Numbered from the stretch's first letter, positions 1 to 10,360 are shown. The stretch: DNA of 64,000 bases from Candidatus Woesearchaeota archaeon (GCA_021736975.1 JAIPET010000002.1:26512-90511), one strand, 5' to 3'. Notes: generated from the letters alone by a model not told the origin. Made by a program: numbers and translations.

Positions 1-456
1 AGTGTTGATTTTAAAACAAGACCTAATATTTTTTTAGCTTATTATGTGTGCCCTGATCTTGTTTCTTTAGAAGTTTGGAAAAAAACATTTGATTTAGTAT
101 TGCAAGAATGTTGGCTTGATTGGGGCGGTCTTAGTAGTATTTCTAAAAATGATCCTTTATTTCAACCAGAACATTCAGGTATGAATAATAAAAGTTATCA
201 TAGAGGTGATTCTTGGTATTTTATTAATAATATTGCTGCTATTTGTTTATTTGATTTAGATAAAAAAATTGGAAAAAATATTTATGCTCAATTCTCTGAA
301 AAAATTAGAAAAGCTTCCGTTAAAGAAATGATGTTTTCAGGTTATATTGGTCAATGTGCAGAAATTAGTGATGCGAAAGAAATGAGCAGCAAAGGTTGTT
401 TTGCTCAAGCTTGGAGTGCAGCAACTTTACTTGAGTTGCTTTCAAAATATAAATAA
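1..456 (+). CDS. C-terminal fragment of a glycogen debranching enzyme-like protein (amylo-alpha-1,6-glucosidase family); the gene begins upstream of the window
   Basis: The frame is open from nt 1 to the stop at 454-456. The motif YHRGDSWYF resembles the conserved YHNG.VWP region of GDE-family C-termini. Confidence 0.4.
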   Translation, partial: SVDFKTRPNIFLAYYVCPDLVSLEVWKKTFDLVLQECWLDWGGLSSISKNDPLFQPEHSGMNNKSYHRGDSWYFINNIAAICLFDLDKKIGKNIYAQFSEKIRKASVKEMMFSGYIGQCAEISDAKEMSSKGCFAQAWSAATLLELLSKYK

Positions 457-494
457 ACCACATTCTTTAAAAAAGAATTACGTTTTCTATAATT

Positions 495-1595
495 ATGCCT
501 ATTTCGGGAAAGAATTCAGTTAAAGAAATAAATATCGATAATAATCTTAAAAATCTTATAGATAAAGCGCAAAAGGTTTATTTTGAAAATTTTAATGGTG
601 ATGCTTGGCTTGGTCGTTGTATTTTTTTATCTTGGTATTGTGCTCTTGGAGATTGTGATTTTTGTTTTAGAAGTACTCAAAAACATAAAATTCAGCATCC
701 TGCTACTGCACGGCGTACTTATGAATCTATTTATACTGAAGCTTTTCTTTGTAAAGTTAATAATTGGAAGCTTGAATTTTTAACTGGTGGTTATGGTATA
801 TTTGAATTTGATGATATTGTAAAAATTTGTAAAACTATTAGTGAAATTTTTGGTGAAAAAATTTGGGTTAATCTTGGAACTTTATCTAAACCACAATTTG
901 AAAAATTATTACCTTATATTAATGGATATGTTGCTTCTGTTGAAACTTTAGAGCCTATTCTTCATAAAAAAGTTGCTCCTAGTAAACCTATGGCTCCTTA
1001 TGAAAAATCTTTAAATGTGGCTAAAGAATTAGGTTTAAAAACAAGCATAACAATTGTTCTTGGTCTTGGAGAACCCATTGATGATTATAAATATGTTAAA
1101 GAGTTTATTAAAAAACATGAACTTTCTAGAATTACTTATTATGCTCTTAGACCTGTTAAAGGAACTCCTTATGAAAATGGTCCTGATCCTGAATTTGTTG
1201 CAAAGTGGATTACTAAAACTAGAATTGATTTTCCTAAAATTGAGATTATCGTTGGAACTGCAGAAACTAGATTACCTGAAATTAGTCTTTTATTAAGATC
1301 GGGTGCCAATGCAATTACTAAGATTCCTGCAACTAAAATTTATGGTACAACAGGCGCTGAAGATATTCATAATTTAATTAAAAGTGCAGATAGAAATTTT
1401 ATTAGCGAATTAAGAAAATTGCCTGATGTTAATTGGAGTAAAGAAGTTAACAAAGTCATTAAAGATAAAATTTTAGCAGAAAAAATTATTTCTAAAATAA
1501 AAGATTATGAAAAAAATAGATTAAATAAATCTTATAAAGAATTTTCTAAAATTAAAAAATTAGAAAAAGATAAATGTGAACCTTGTGGTGAATAA
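495..1595 (+). CDS. Radical SAM protein, BioB/ThiH-like TIM-barrel type, with a K/E-rich C-terminal tail
   Basis: Cysteine cluster CALGDCDFC (CX4CX2C as read from the sequence) near the N-terminus, followed by GG-containing and LGLGE motifs typical of biotin-synthase-like radical SAM folds. 366 aa. Confidence 0.55.
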   Translation: MPISGKNSVKEINIDNNLKNLIDKAQKVYFENFNGDAWLGRCIFLSWYCALGDCDFCFRSTQKHKIQHPATARRTYESIYTEAFLCKVNNWKLEFLTGGYGIFEFDDIVKICKTISEIFGEKIWVNLGTLSKPQFEKLLPYINGYVASVETLEPILHKKVAPSKPMAPYEKSLNVAKELGLKTSITIVLGLGEPIDDYKYVKEFIKKHELSRITYYALRPVKGTPYENGPDPEFVAKWITKTRIDFPKIEIIVGTAETRLPEISLLLRSGANAITKIPATKIYGTTGAEDIHNLIKSADRNFISELRKLPDVNWSKEVNKVIKDKILAEKIISKIKDYEKNRLNKSYKEFSKIKKLEKDKCEPCGE

Positions 1596-1696
1596 ATAAA
1601 AATCATTACGAAAATAATTGTAAAAAAACACAAGACATGTCTAGAAAAAATATTTTAATATCAATAAGTTCATAAAATAAAAATATTTATATGTGA

Positions 1697-1715
1697 AGTA
1701 TACTTAAAGTATACT
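1697..1715. promoter_or_regulatory. Near-perfect palindrome AGTATAC-TTAAA-GTATACT between a TATA-like box (AAATATTTATAT, 1681-1692) and the antitoxin start; a candidate operator
   Basis: Read directly from the sequence. It sits where archaeal repressors usually bind, between TATA and the transcription start. Confidence 0.35.
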
Positions 1716-1716
1716 T

Positions 1717-1924
1717 ATGGTAACGACTATAAAAATTCATGAGAAAACAAAAATGTTATTAGACAAATATAAAGAAGAAAACGATAGTTATGATACTACA
1801 ATAAACAAATTAATAAAAAAAAATGAAAAATGAAAAAATGGAAGAAGATCTAATAGAAGGATACTCAAAAATGAATGAAAAACAAATAAAAGAGTTTAAA
1901 GAATGGGAACAAATAGATTTGTGA
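1717..1924 (+). pseudogene. MazE/RHH-like antitoxin remnant, interrupted by a frameshift in a poly-A run
   Basis: The two reading-frame pieces are MVTTIKIHEKTKMLLDKYKEENDSYDTTINKLIKKNEK and MEEDLIEGYSKMNEKQIKEFKEWEQIDL. It overlaps the start of the toxin remnant as TA pairs do. Too short to appear in the ORF track. Confidence 0.4.
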
Positions 1925-2259
1925 AAAGAGGAGAAATATGGTTAGTGAACCTTGATCCGGCAATAGGTCATGAAATAAAAAAAACAGACCAGCAGTAATA
2001 ATTCAAAACGATTTAGGAAACAAATACGCACAAACAACAATTATTGCGCCAATAACATCACAAAAAACAGAAAAAACATATCCTTTTGAAGTAAAAATTT
2101 CAAAAAAAAGAATCTAAATTATCAAAAGAATCAAAAATTTTACTAAATCAAATTAAAACAATTGATAAACAAAGACTAATAAAAAAACAAGGAGTTCTTA
2201 ATAACAAAACATTTTCAGAAATGAACGAAGCAATAAAAATAAGTCTTGATATTATTTAA
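1903..2259 (+). pseudogene. mazF: MazF/PemK-family toxin (mRNA interferase) with two frameshifts, both in A8 homopolymers
   Basis: The three frame pieces give RGEIWLVNLDPAIGHEIKK / RPAVIIQNDLGNKYAQTTIIAPITSQKTEKTYPFEVKISKK / ESKLSKESKILLNQIKTIDKQRLIKKQGVLNNKTFSEMNEAIKISLDII. This reproduces the canonical MazF/PemK layout (GDIWLVDLDP ... RPALVVS ... IDKSRL ... EMEEIDEAL). Confidence 0.6.
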
Positions 2260-3275
2260 TCTTTCATTTCTTCTGTGAAGAATCTTATTAATAAAATTGA
2301 TATTGCTACAACTAAAGGTCCGAGTATAAATCCTATTAATCCAAATAAGGCTAATCCTCCAAATATTCCTAGAAGAACTAATACTGGGTGCATTCCTGAA
2401 CTATCACCAATTATTTTTGGTTTAATTACATTATCTATTTGTGCAACGATTATTGCTCCAAAAATTAACATTCCTATTCCTCCAACGACATTTCCAGATA
2501 AAAATGCTATTATTGCTGCTGGAAGCCAAATCATTGGAGTTCCAAGGAAAGGAATAAATGCAAATATTGCCATGATAAATCCCCATAGTATTGGATTTGG
2601 TATTCCAAATATCCAAAATCCTAATCCTCCTAAGAATCCTTGTAATAAAGATACAAGCATTTGACCATACATAACTCCGTTTAATACTTTTTTTGTTTCA
2701 GTTAAGACATGATTTTTATGTTCTTTTTTTACTGGAAGAATATTGATTATTGCATCTTGAATTTTTTCTCCGTCTTTAAATCCATAAAATATGAAAAAGA
2801 ACATTATGAATAAACTTAATAATACTTCTGTTACTGATCCAAGTATTGATAATGCTGAATTTTCTAAGTACTCTAATGCTTTAGTAGTTAATTTATTTAT
2901 TGTGGTATGTATTTCAAGATTCAAACCTGTAACATCATTTATTGATTGAGTTATTTGAGTAATGTTTAATTTTGAAAATGAAGTATATGCTTTTCCTGAT
3001 TCTATTGCTAAATTTGAAAAAAGAAAGTATGCAGGAATTAAGATAATAATAATTACTAAAACAAGCATGATTGTAGAACTTAATGTTTTGTTTTTAATTT
3101 TTTTTTGTAATTTTTTATTTAAAGGATATAATAATATAATTATAATTCCTCCTACAACTAATGCTGAAATAAATGGTTTGAATAATAAATATAGTACAAC
3201 TATTGCTAAAACATAGAGAATTGTTAATAACATATCTGGATTTCTTCTATTTTGTGGAGTTTTCTTTTTAGGCAT
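2256..3275 (-). CDS. AI-2E family transporter (PerM/TqsA-like, UPF0118)
   Basis: 339-aa polytopic membrane protein with about 8 TM helices and the glycine-rich C-terminal TM block typical of the AI-2E family. Confidence 0.6.
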   Translation of the reverse strand: MPKKKTPQNRRNPDMLLTILYVLAIVVLYLLFKPFISALVVGGIIIILLYPLNKKLQKKIKNKTLSSTIMLVLVIIIILIPAYFLFSNLAIESGKAYTSFSKLNITQITQSINDVTGLNLEIHTTINKLTTKALEYLENSALSILGSVTEVLLSLFIMFFFIFYGFKDGEKIQDAIINILPVKKEHKNHVLTETKKVLNGVMYGQMLVSLLQGFLGGLGFWIFGIPNPILWGFIMAIFAFIPFLGTPMIWLPAAIIAFLSGNVVGGIGMLIFGAIIVAQIDNVIKPKIIGDSSGMHPVLVLLGIFGGLALFGLIGFILGPLVVAISILLIRFFTEEMKD

Positions 3276-3692
3276 TTATTTTCTTTATGAGATTTGTTGT
3301 TTTTAAAAGTTTGTTTTATATATGTTTAAATAATTAGTTTCCATATAGTGAATAAATAAAAATACGATTAAATACAAAACGATTATTAAAAAACAGACAT
3401 AAATCTAAAAATTAAGAATATTCATATTTTTTTCCATAAAATACATATTAAACTTAAATCAGAATCAAATAAATCAATAATTAAAAGAAATAAAAAATAC
3501 AACACCACATAATGGAGTAAATAAAAATAAACAAAAAAGAATTTGAACAAGTAATAAAATTATTAAAAAAAATATTGAAAAAAAATAAGTTGCAACATTT
3601 ATTCAAAGAACACAAACCAACATAATTTTTTTACTTTTAAATAGATAAAAATTTTGATAACATATATAAACCCAAGTAAAGAGTTTAAATAA

Positions 3693-5525
3693 ATGCGAAA
3701 GTTATTATGGGTTTTAAATAAGAATTTTAAAACAGCTATAAGAAATCCTGGATTATATATTGCAATACTCATAGGCCCTATTTTATTTGTTACACTAATA
3801 GGTCTTGCTTTTCAATCTTCAAGTCTTAATTCAAATATTGTTCTTGGAGTATATGAAGAAGGAAATTCATTTATTTTCGATATTTTTACAGATATTAAAA
3901 ATGTTAAAACTCAGAAATATTATTCTGAACAAAATTGCAAAAAAAATGTAAATATCCACAATATTCATGCATGTATTGTTGTAAAAGAAGACAGCGAAGG
4001 AAATGAAATAAAAAAAGATGTAAAAGTATATTTTGATTATTCTAGATCAAGTCTTGTTTTAGCAATTAGTGATATTGTTAGAAATGTTCTTGGAAATATT
4101 GATAGAGAAATATCATATAACACTCTAGAAACTATTAGAACTGAATTAGATCCTAATAAACATGATATTTATGGCGTTAAAAATGATTTAAATGATATTA
4201 ATAAAGAAATAAATCATGCAATCGGTGATTTAGAAAATATAAGAAATGATATTAATAAAGAAGCGCAAGAAACTGTTGAAGATATGGATTCAACTAAAGA
4301 CGATCTTTCTAACGTACATAATAAATTAATTGGGTATGAAAGCGACATTTCATCAAATGAACAAAGAGTCAGATATTACAAACAAATAGTTGGTGATTTA
4401 AGAGATAGTATGAAAACAATCAATGAAAACTCTAAAGAAATATGGCGTGATTATTGCCAATATTCAGGAACGAATCATTATCCAGATATAACTACAAATG
4501 ATGAAGAGTATGAAGAAATTATGACAGATAATAATCCCCCTTGTTCTATGTTTGCAACAACATATTATATGAGTAATGATTATCATAATGATTTAAACAC
4601 ACTATATTACGATCTTGAATTAACCGAACATAGTTTAGAGCAAGCAAAAAATGATATTCAAACTACAAAAATTCAAATAACAGAATATGAAAATAGTCTT
4701 GAAAATAAAAAAGTAAATCTTAGAAACGATCAAGGAGAAATTAATGATTATATTCAAGATAAAATTGAAGATTTAGATGATGTTTCTGATGACGTAACTG
4801 ATTATAAAGAAAAAATGAACGAAGTTGAAAAAGGCTTAAAAACAGTACATGAAGCTCTAGATCCAAAAAACATTATTAATCCTATAAAAGCAAATGTTGA
4901 TAGCGCAATAGGAAAAAGAAATAGACTGGATTATGCATTACCAATAATTATTTCATTTATTATAATGTTAACTGCTTTATTATTAGGCGTTACTGTTCGT
5001 ATGAAGGAGAAAAAAAGTTATGCTACAAAAAGAAATGTTATTTTTTCCAGTACTGCTTCAATTTTTTTCGGAGATTTTTTATTTGTTCTTATGTTAATAC
5101 TTGTTGAATTATTTGTAATTCTTTTAGGATTCAATTTGTTATTTGGAGCAAATACATTTTATAATTTTCATTATATATTTTTCATGAGTATTTTATATTC
5201 ATCAATGTGGATTCTTATAGGCTGCATAATAGGTGATTTGTTTAATTCTCAAGAAGGTTCTATGTTTACTGCAATTAGTTTAGGTTTGGTAATATTTTTG
5301 ATGAGTGATGTAATAGTTCCTTTAGAAGCATTTCCAATATTCCTTAAAGAAGTAACAATATTTAATCCTTATTTTGTTTTTACAGAAATATTAAGAGTTA
5401 ATTATCTTGCATTAGAAACTATGTATTTAAATTCATCTCAAATAGTTTTAATGTTTGGTCTTCCTTTAGTTTTATTATTAGTAACTTATCTTGTTCATAA
5501 AAATTTGGGTGATAAAGATGTCTAA
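3693..5525 (+). CDS. ABC-2 type permease, YhgE/Pip-like, with a large extracytoplasmic coiled-coil domain
   Basis: One N-terminal TM helix, then a ~370-aa charged, coiled-coil-rich region, then a C-terminal 5-6 TM bundle. Its stop overlaps the start of the downstream ABC ATPase. Confidence 0.55.
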   Translation: MRKLLWVLNKNFKTAIRNPGLYIAILIGPILFVTLIGLAFQSSSLNSNIVLGVYEEGNSFIFDIFTDIKNVKTQKYYSEQNCKKNVNIHNIHACIVVKEDSEGNEIKKDVKVYFDYSRSSLVLAISDIVRNVLGNIDREISYNTLETIRTELDPNKHDIYGVKNDLNDINKEINHAIGDLENIRNDINKEAQETVEDMDSTKDDLSNVHNKLIGYESDISSNEQRVRYYKQIVGDLRDSMKTINENSKEIWRDYCQYSGTNHYPDITTNDEEYEEIMTDNNPPCSMFATTYYMSNDYHNDLNTLYYDLELTEHSLEQAKNDIQTTKIQITEYENSLENKKVNLRNDQGEINDYIQDKIEDLDDVSDDVTDYKEKMNEVEKGLKTVHEALDPKNIINPIKANVDSAIGKRNRLDYALPIIISFIIMLTALLLGVTVRMKEKKSYATKRNVIFSSTASIFFGDFLFVLMLILVELFVILLGFNLLFGANTFYNFHYIFFMSILYSSMWILIGCIIGDLFNSQEGSMFTAISLGLVIFLMSDVIVPLEAFPIFLKEVTIFNPYFVFTEILRVNYLALETMYLNSSQIVLMFGLPLVLLLVTYLVHKNLGDKDV

Positions 5526-6384
5526 CATCATACTAGAAATAAAAAATTTAAATAAACATTTTAAATCTAAAGAAGTTCTTAAAGATATAAATTTTAAAAT
5601 CCCAAAAGCTTCTATTGTTGGTATAACTGGTCCTAGTGGTTGTGGAAAAACTACTTTATTAAATTGTATTGCGGGAATAATTCATCATGATTCTGGAAAT
5701 ATAATATTTGAAGATTCTGAAGTTGATAGCGACACTATGAAAAAAAATATGGGTTTTAGTTTTCAAAGAAATAGTTTTTACTTTGATCTTACTATAAGAG
5801 AAAATATGTATTTTTTTGGAACACAATTAGGTTTAAGCGTTCTTGAAGTACATGAAAGAACAGATAAGCTTATTGAGCTTGTCCAGCTTACTGAATCAAT
5901 GGATGTAATCGCTAAAAAATTAAGTGGGGATATGCAAAAAAGATTAGATCTTGCTCTTGCTTTGTTAGAAGAACCTAAAGTAATTTTTTTGGATGAACCT
6001 TTTAATGGATTAGATGAATCTGTAAGAAAACAAATTTGGGAATTAATTATAAATTTATCAAAAAAACATATTACTATCCTAATTATTTCTCATTTTTTAG
6101 AAGAATTAGAAGAAAATGCTAATTATTTCATTGAAATTAATTCTAAAGGAAAAAATTCTGAAGGTTTTGAATTGTTTAAAGAAGGCCAATGGTGTTTAGA
6201 AATAATTTTTAATAAAGTGTTAAAATATACTGTTAAAGAAAAAAAAATTGTTAGTAATAAATTCAGTAGTCATTATGATACTAAAACTCAAGCGATCAAT
6301 GCATTTAAGAAATTTTCATCAAATGATTATTCTAAGTTCATTAAAAAAGTTGAAATGTTCCAAAAAAAATCTAAAAACAAATAA
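5518..6384 (+). CDS. ABC transporter ATP-binding protein, partner of the YhgE-like permease
   Basis: Walker A GPSGCGKTT, ABC signature LSGDMQKRL, Walker B IFLDEP. Start taken at the ATG at 5518 (MSNIILEIKNL), overlapping the upstream stop by 8 nt. Confidence 0.8.
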   Translation: MSNIILEIKNLNKHFKSKEVLKDINFKIPKASIVGITGPSGCGKTTLLNCIAGIIHHDSGNIIFEDSEVDSDTMKKNMGFSFQRNSFYFDLTIRENMYFFGTQLGLSVLEVHERTDKLIELVQLTESMDVIAKKLSGDMQKRLDLALALLEEPKVIFLDEPFNGLDESVRKQIWELIINLSKKHITILIISHFLEELEENANYFIEINSKGKNSEGFELFKEGQWCLEIIFNKVLKYTVKEKKIVSNKFSSHYDTKTQAINAFKKFSSNDYSKFIKKVEMFQKKSKNK

Positions 6385-6554
6385 TAGATAAACAAACTAA
6401 TGAATTAAAAAAACGATTTAATCTGTTCTTAATCTATTTTCACTATAGTTATGAACTTTGTCTACTCCATACGCAAAATATATTATAATTAACATTTAGT
6501 ACATAACTCACTTCGTTCGTAATGTATCCTCACAGAAGTTCTAGACTCAGAGAA

Positions 6555-7778
6555 TCATTCGGTTCTCAGAGCATCTACTGGATTCATTTTGCTTGCTCTT
6601 CTAGCTGGTAATGTGCCAAATAAAGATCCTAGCAAGAATGCGAATCCTAAAGCTCCCGCAATTAACCACCATGGAAGTGCTGCTTTTAATAATTCTGTTC
6701 CAAAGGCATTTGTTCCTAAGTATTCTACTGCTTTTGCTAATCCTGCTCCTATTAAAACTCCTAAAACTCCTCCCATCAAACCTAAAAATCCTGATTCTAT
6801 GACAAATATTAGTAGTACATCTGAATTTTTTGCTCCTATTGCTTTCATTATACCTATGTCTTTTGTTCTTTCAAGTACAGCTGTGTACATCGTATTCATT
6901 ATTCCTATTCCGCCAACAACTAAAGATATTCCTGCAATTCCAATTAATACTACTTGAACAATATTAAATATATTTAGAAAACTTTGTATTAAATCTTCAA
7001 ATGTTGTTACTTCAAAGTCTTCTTCTCCTTCTTTTACATCTCTTTGTTTTCTAAGATCTTTTTCTATTTTTTTTACAATATCTGCTGGTGCTTCTCCTTC
7101 ATGTACTCTTGCGAATATTGCACCTACATCATTTTTATCTTCATCTGGATATATATCAAAATACGCATTTTCTGTTATGAATACTGATTCGTCATCTTGT
7201 TGACTTCCTATTTTATCATTTATTCCTACTATTTCAAATTCTTTTCCTTCTATAGTTATTTTTTTTCCTGTTATTAAATTTTCTGAGAATCTATTCGCTG
7301 TTAAATAATCATATCCTACTACTGCTTTAAATCCGTCCGTATTTTTTAGTTTTCTTCCTTGTAAAATTGTTGCAGTTGTTATTTCTTCTAGTAGATTTCT
7401 ATTTTCATCTAATGGATACGTTATTATAGTTGCAAATGTTTGATCATCGCGACCCCATTTCACTGTTGAAACTTGAAAAGAGTAAGAAGAGACTTCTTTT
7501 ACTCCTTTAACAGCACTTATTGTTGCAACATCATCTTTTGTTAAAGGATCAGGAGTTCTATCATTTAATCCAAATGATGATCCTGCAGGATTTATTATTA
7601 TTTTATCTGCTCCTAGTTCTTTAAATTCTGCATCTAAGTAATTTTGAAATCCTTGAGCTAAACTTACTAATGCTACTACTGCAGCTATACCTACAAATAT
7701 GCCTATTAATGTAAGAAATGTTCTAACCTTTCTATGTCTAAGGTTTTCAAATGCCATTTTTATGTAGTCTTTTATCAT
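6555..7778 (-). CDS. MacB-like ABC permease with an FtsX domain
   Basis: N-terminal TM helix, a ~250-aa extracytoplasmic domain and a C-terminal FtsX 3-TM bundle. Paralog of the adjacent gene; both start MI(K/R)DY. Confidence 0.75.
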   Translation of the reverse strand: MIKDYIKMAFENLRHRKVRTFLTLIGIFVGIAAVVALVSLAQGFQNYLDAEFKELGADKIIINPAGSSFGLNDRTPDPLTKDDVATISAVKGVKEVSSYSFQVSTVKWGRDDQTFATIITYPLDENRNLLEEITTATILQGRKLKNTDGFKAVVGYDYLTANRFSENLITGKKITIEGKEFEIVGINDKIGSQQDDESVFITENAYFDIYPDEDKNDVGAIFARVHEGEAPADIVKKIEKDLRKQRDVKEGEEDFEVTTFEDLIQSFLNIFNIVQVVLIGIAGISLVVGGIGIMNTMYTAVLERTKDIGIMKAIGAKNSDVLLIFVIESGFLGLMGGVLGVLIGAGLAKAVEYLGTNAFGTELLKAALPWWLIAGALGFAFLLGSLFGTLPARRASKMNPVDALRTE

Positions 7779-7802
7779 TTTTATAGTTATTTTTTTGTAT
7801 GT

Positions 7803-9020
7803 TCAATCTCTTAAAGCATCTACAGGGTTCATTTTTGCAGCTCCTAATGCTGGTAAAGTTCCTGCGGCCGCGCCTACTATAAATGAAAATAATAATGCTC
7901 CAATTAGCAGTTCTGGTGAAAATGAGGCTTTTAATAAGTTTGAACCTAGAGCCACAGTACCTATAAATTCTACAAATTTTCCTATGCCTATGCCTAATAA
8001 TATTCCAATTATCCCGCCAGCTAAGCCAAGGAATCCTGATTCTATGAAAAACATCATGAATATATCTTTATTTTTTCCGCCTATTGCTTTCATTATGCCT
8101 ATATCTGCTTGTCTTTCAAGTACTGCTGTATACATTGTATTCATTATTCCTATTCCTCCTACAAATAATGAAATCGCTGCTATCCCTGATAATAATATTG
8201 TTACGATATCAAGTGTTTGACTTATTGAATTTAATGATTGCACGCTTGTTTGCGTTGTAAAATCTTCTTTTCCTTCATCTAAATTTCTTTCTTTTCGTAA
8301 AGCTTTATTTATTCTTTCTACTGTTTCATCCATTTCTTTTGTATCTGATGCTTTTACTGCAACTATACTGTAATCTGTTGGTTCATTAAATAATTCTCTC
8401 ATTACTTCTTCATTCATTGCAATCACACCATCTACTGTGAATGCTCCTTTTTTTTCATGTATGCCAACTATTTCAAAATTTTGCCCATTTATTTCTATTG
8501 AATCTCCTAAATTTAGATTTTTTCCAAATGATTTTTTTGTATGATAATCATTGCCTATAGTTATTTTGTTTTTATCTGTTGATTTTAATTCTCTTCCAAA
8601 TTCTATATCTAAATTACTTATTTCATTTATCCATTCTTTTTCGTCTTTATTTTTTGGTGTTGATCCAATATATGTATTATATATTTCATTATTTACAACT
8701 ACTGTTGCTGGAACTATTAATCTTCCAGCGGCAATATCTACGCCTCTAACTCTTTGTATTACTTTTAAATCATCATCTGTTAAAGGATTTGCTACATTTA
8801 GTCCTGGAGGTCCTCCACCTATTCCTTTTGCTTGTATTGTTATTCTTTCTGCGCCTAATATATTAAATTGTTGAGCTACTGCTAATTTTAATCCTGCGCC
8901 TAAAGAAATTAATGAAACTACTGCTGCAATTCCTATGAATATTCCTAGCATAGTTAACCAAGATCTTATTCCTCTTCTAGTTACACTTTTCCAAGCAATA
9001 TTAAAGTAATCTCTTATCAT
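7803..9020 (-). CDS. MacB-like ABC permease with an FtsX domain, second paralog
   Basis: Same architecture as 6555-7778. The two tandem paralogs suggest a heterodimeric permease. Confidence 0.75.
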   Translation of the reverse strand: MIRDYFNIAWKSVTRRGIRSWLTMLGIFIGIAAVVSLISLGAGLKLAVAQQFNILGAERITIQAKGIGGGPPGLNVANPLTDDDLKVIQRVRGVDIAAGRLIVPATVVVNNEIYNTYIGSTPKNKDEKEWINEISNLDIEFGRELKSTDKNKITIGNDYHTKKSFGKNLNLGDSIEINGQNFEIVGIHEKKGAFTVDGVIAMNEEVMRELFNEPTDYSIVAVKASDTKEMDETVERINKALRKERNLDEGKEDFTTQTSVQSLNSISQTLDIVTILLSGIAAISLFVGGIGIMNTMYTAVLERQADIGIMKAIGGKNKDIFMMFFIESGFLGLAGGIIGILLGIGIGKFVEFIGTVALGSNLLKASFSPELLIGALLFSFIVGAAAGTLPALGAAKMNPVDALRD

Positions 9021-9069
9021 TATTTTTCCTCTTATTTAAGAATTAAAAAAATAAAATTTAAAGAAAAAA

Positions 9070-10347
9070 TTAATTTTTCTTTTTCTTTGCTTTTTTCTTT
9101 TTTCTAAATACTACAACTCCAACAATTATTAATATTATTATTATAACTGCAATTGTTGTTCCTGAACTGTTATTATTTACTGTTGGTTGTCTTATTGTAT
9201 ATTCTAGTTCGTATGTTTGTTTGTAGTCTTTATTTAAAGAATCTTTATATTCAACTAATATTGGAAATTTTATTGTTCCTGTTTCTTTTGCTTTTGAAGG
9301 ATCTTTCAAAAGTTCAGAAGAGTCATCTTCTTTTACTTGAATTTCAAAATTTGCTGTTTCAAAATCATCAGAATCTACATTTCCTATATATACTTGATTT
9401 GTTGAACTTACTATTTCGTATTGTTGTGATTCTTTTAATGTTATTGTCATTAATTTTAAATCACTTATTCCTTTATTTGTTACTGATAAAATTAATTCTC
9501 CGCTTAATTTTTCGGTATTTATATCTATTTGATCTAGTATCACCATTAATTCTGGTTGAGAGTTTACTTCAAGTCCAGTTATTATTGTTTTATTATATTG
9601 TGTTCCTATTTCATCTCTATATGAGACTTGTATTGGTAATTTGTACATTTTGCTTTCTGCATCTGGATATGCTGCAATTTCAAAATCAAATTCTGCTGTT
9701 TGTCCTGGTTTTATTTTATCTACTGTTTTTTGACTTCCGCTATTTATTGGTACAAATGGAAGATCAGCTATTAGTCCTGTTGCTGAATAAACTGGTGTTA
9801 ATCCTAATGTTACTGATAAATCTCTTACAGTTGTTGCTTTTGCCAAATTTTTTATTCCTATTTTTAAGGTTGATGATTCTCCTGGTGCTAATTGTTTTCC
9901 TTCTAATTTTATTGAACTCACTGATATCGGTGTGTCTGTTGTTCTTATTGTTATTGGAAGTCTTTCTACTGCTTCATATCCATAAGTGTCTTGTTTTGTT
10001 GTTTTTATTAATATGTAACTTGTTCCTTGAGGTGCGCTTGGATCTACTCTAACTGAGTATTGTATTAAATAATCTCCTCCTTGTTCAAGTTTTTTAACAT
10101 TTGTTATTCTATCTGTTTCAGATACTAATTTGAATGGATAATTATCTAAAAAATTTATTTGAATATTATTTGCGTCTTCAACACCTGTATTTGAAACTTT
10201 GACCCATATATCTATTGTATCTCCTGCTTCTGCTGGACTTGGTGTATAACTAGTAACTTCTGATTTTATGATGGTTTGTGCTGCTACTGCTTGTGTTAGT
10301 GCTATTATTGTTAATACCATTATTATTGTTGTTAATATTTTTTTCAT
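9070..10347 (-). CDS. Secreted, membrane-anchored surface protein embedded in the MacB operon: signal peptide, beta-rich Ig/CARDB-like repeats, C-terminal TM helix plus poly-K tail
   Basis: Start chosen at MKKILTTIIMVLTIIALTQAVAA, a signal peptide with GGAGG 7 nt upstream on the minus strand. The C-terminus reads IAVIIIILIIVGVVVFRKKKKAKKKKN. Confidence 0.55.
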   Translation of the reverse strand: MKKILTTIIMVLTIIALTQAVAAQTIIKSEVTSYTPSPAEAGDTIDIWVKVSNTGVEDANNIQINFLDNYPFKLVSETDRITNVKKLEQGGDYLIQYSVRVDPSAPQGTSYILIKTTKQDTYGYEAVERLPITIRTTDTPISVSSIKLEGKQLAPGESSTLKIGIKNLAKATTVRDLSVTLGLTPVYSATGLIADLPFVPINSGSQKTVDKIKPGQTAEFDFEIAAYPDAESKMYKLPIQVSYRDEIGTQYNKTIITGLEVNSQPELMVILDQIDINTEKLSGELILSVTNKGISDLKLMTITLKESQQYEIVSSTNQVYIGNVDSDDFETANFEIQVKEDDSSELLKDPSKAKETGTIKFPILVEYKDSLNKDYKQTYELEYTIRQPTVNNNSSGTTIAVIIIILIIVGVVVFRKKKKAKKKKN

Positions 10348-10360
10348 TTTATTTCCTCCA

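Noticed and set aside
3276-3692. 417-nt A-rich gap as a possible ncRNA or origin
   Set aside because: It is low complexity and lies between divergent genes. There are no repeats or conserved motifs. Most simply it is a divergent promoter region.
9153-10052. Long Leu/Phe-rich ORFs on the strand opposite to real genes. This one is 299 aa; others are 30395-31198, 583-783, 1054-1296 and the many 60-120-aa track entries inside the large surface-protein genes.
   Set aside because: They are antisense to genes with clear homology or signal-peptide architecture. The L/F/I-only composition is what AT-rich antisense frames produce.
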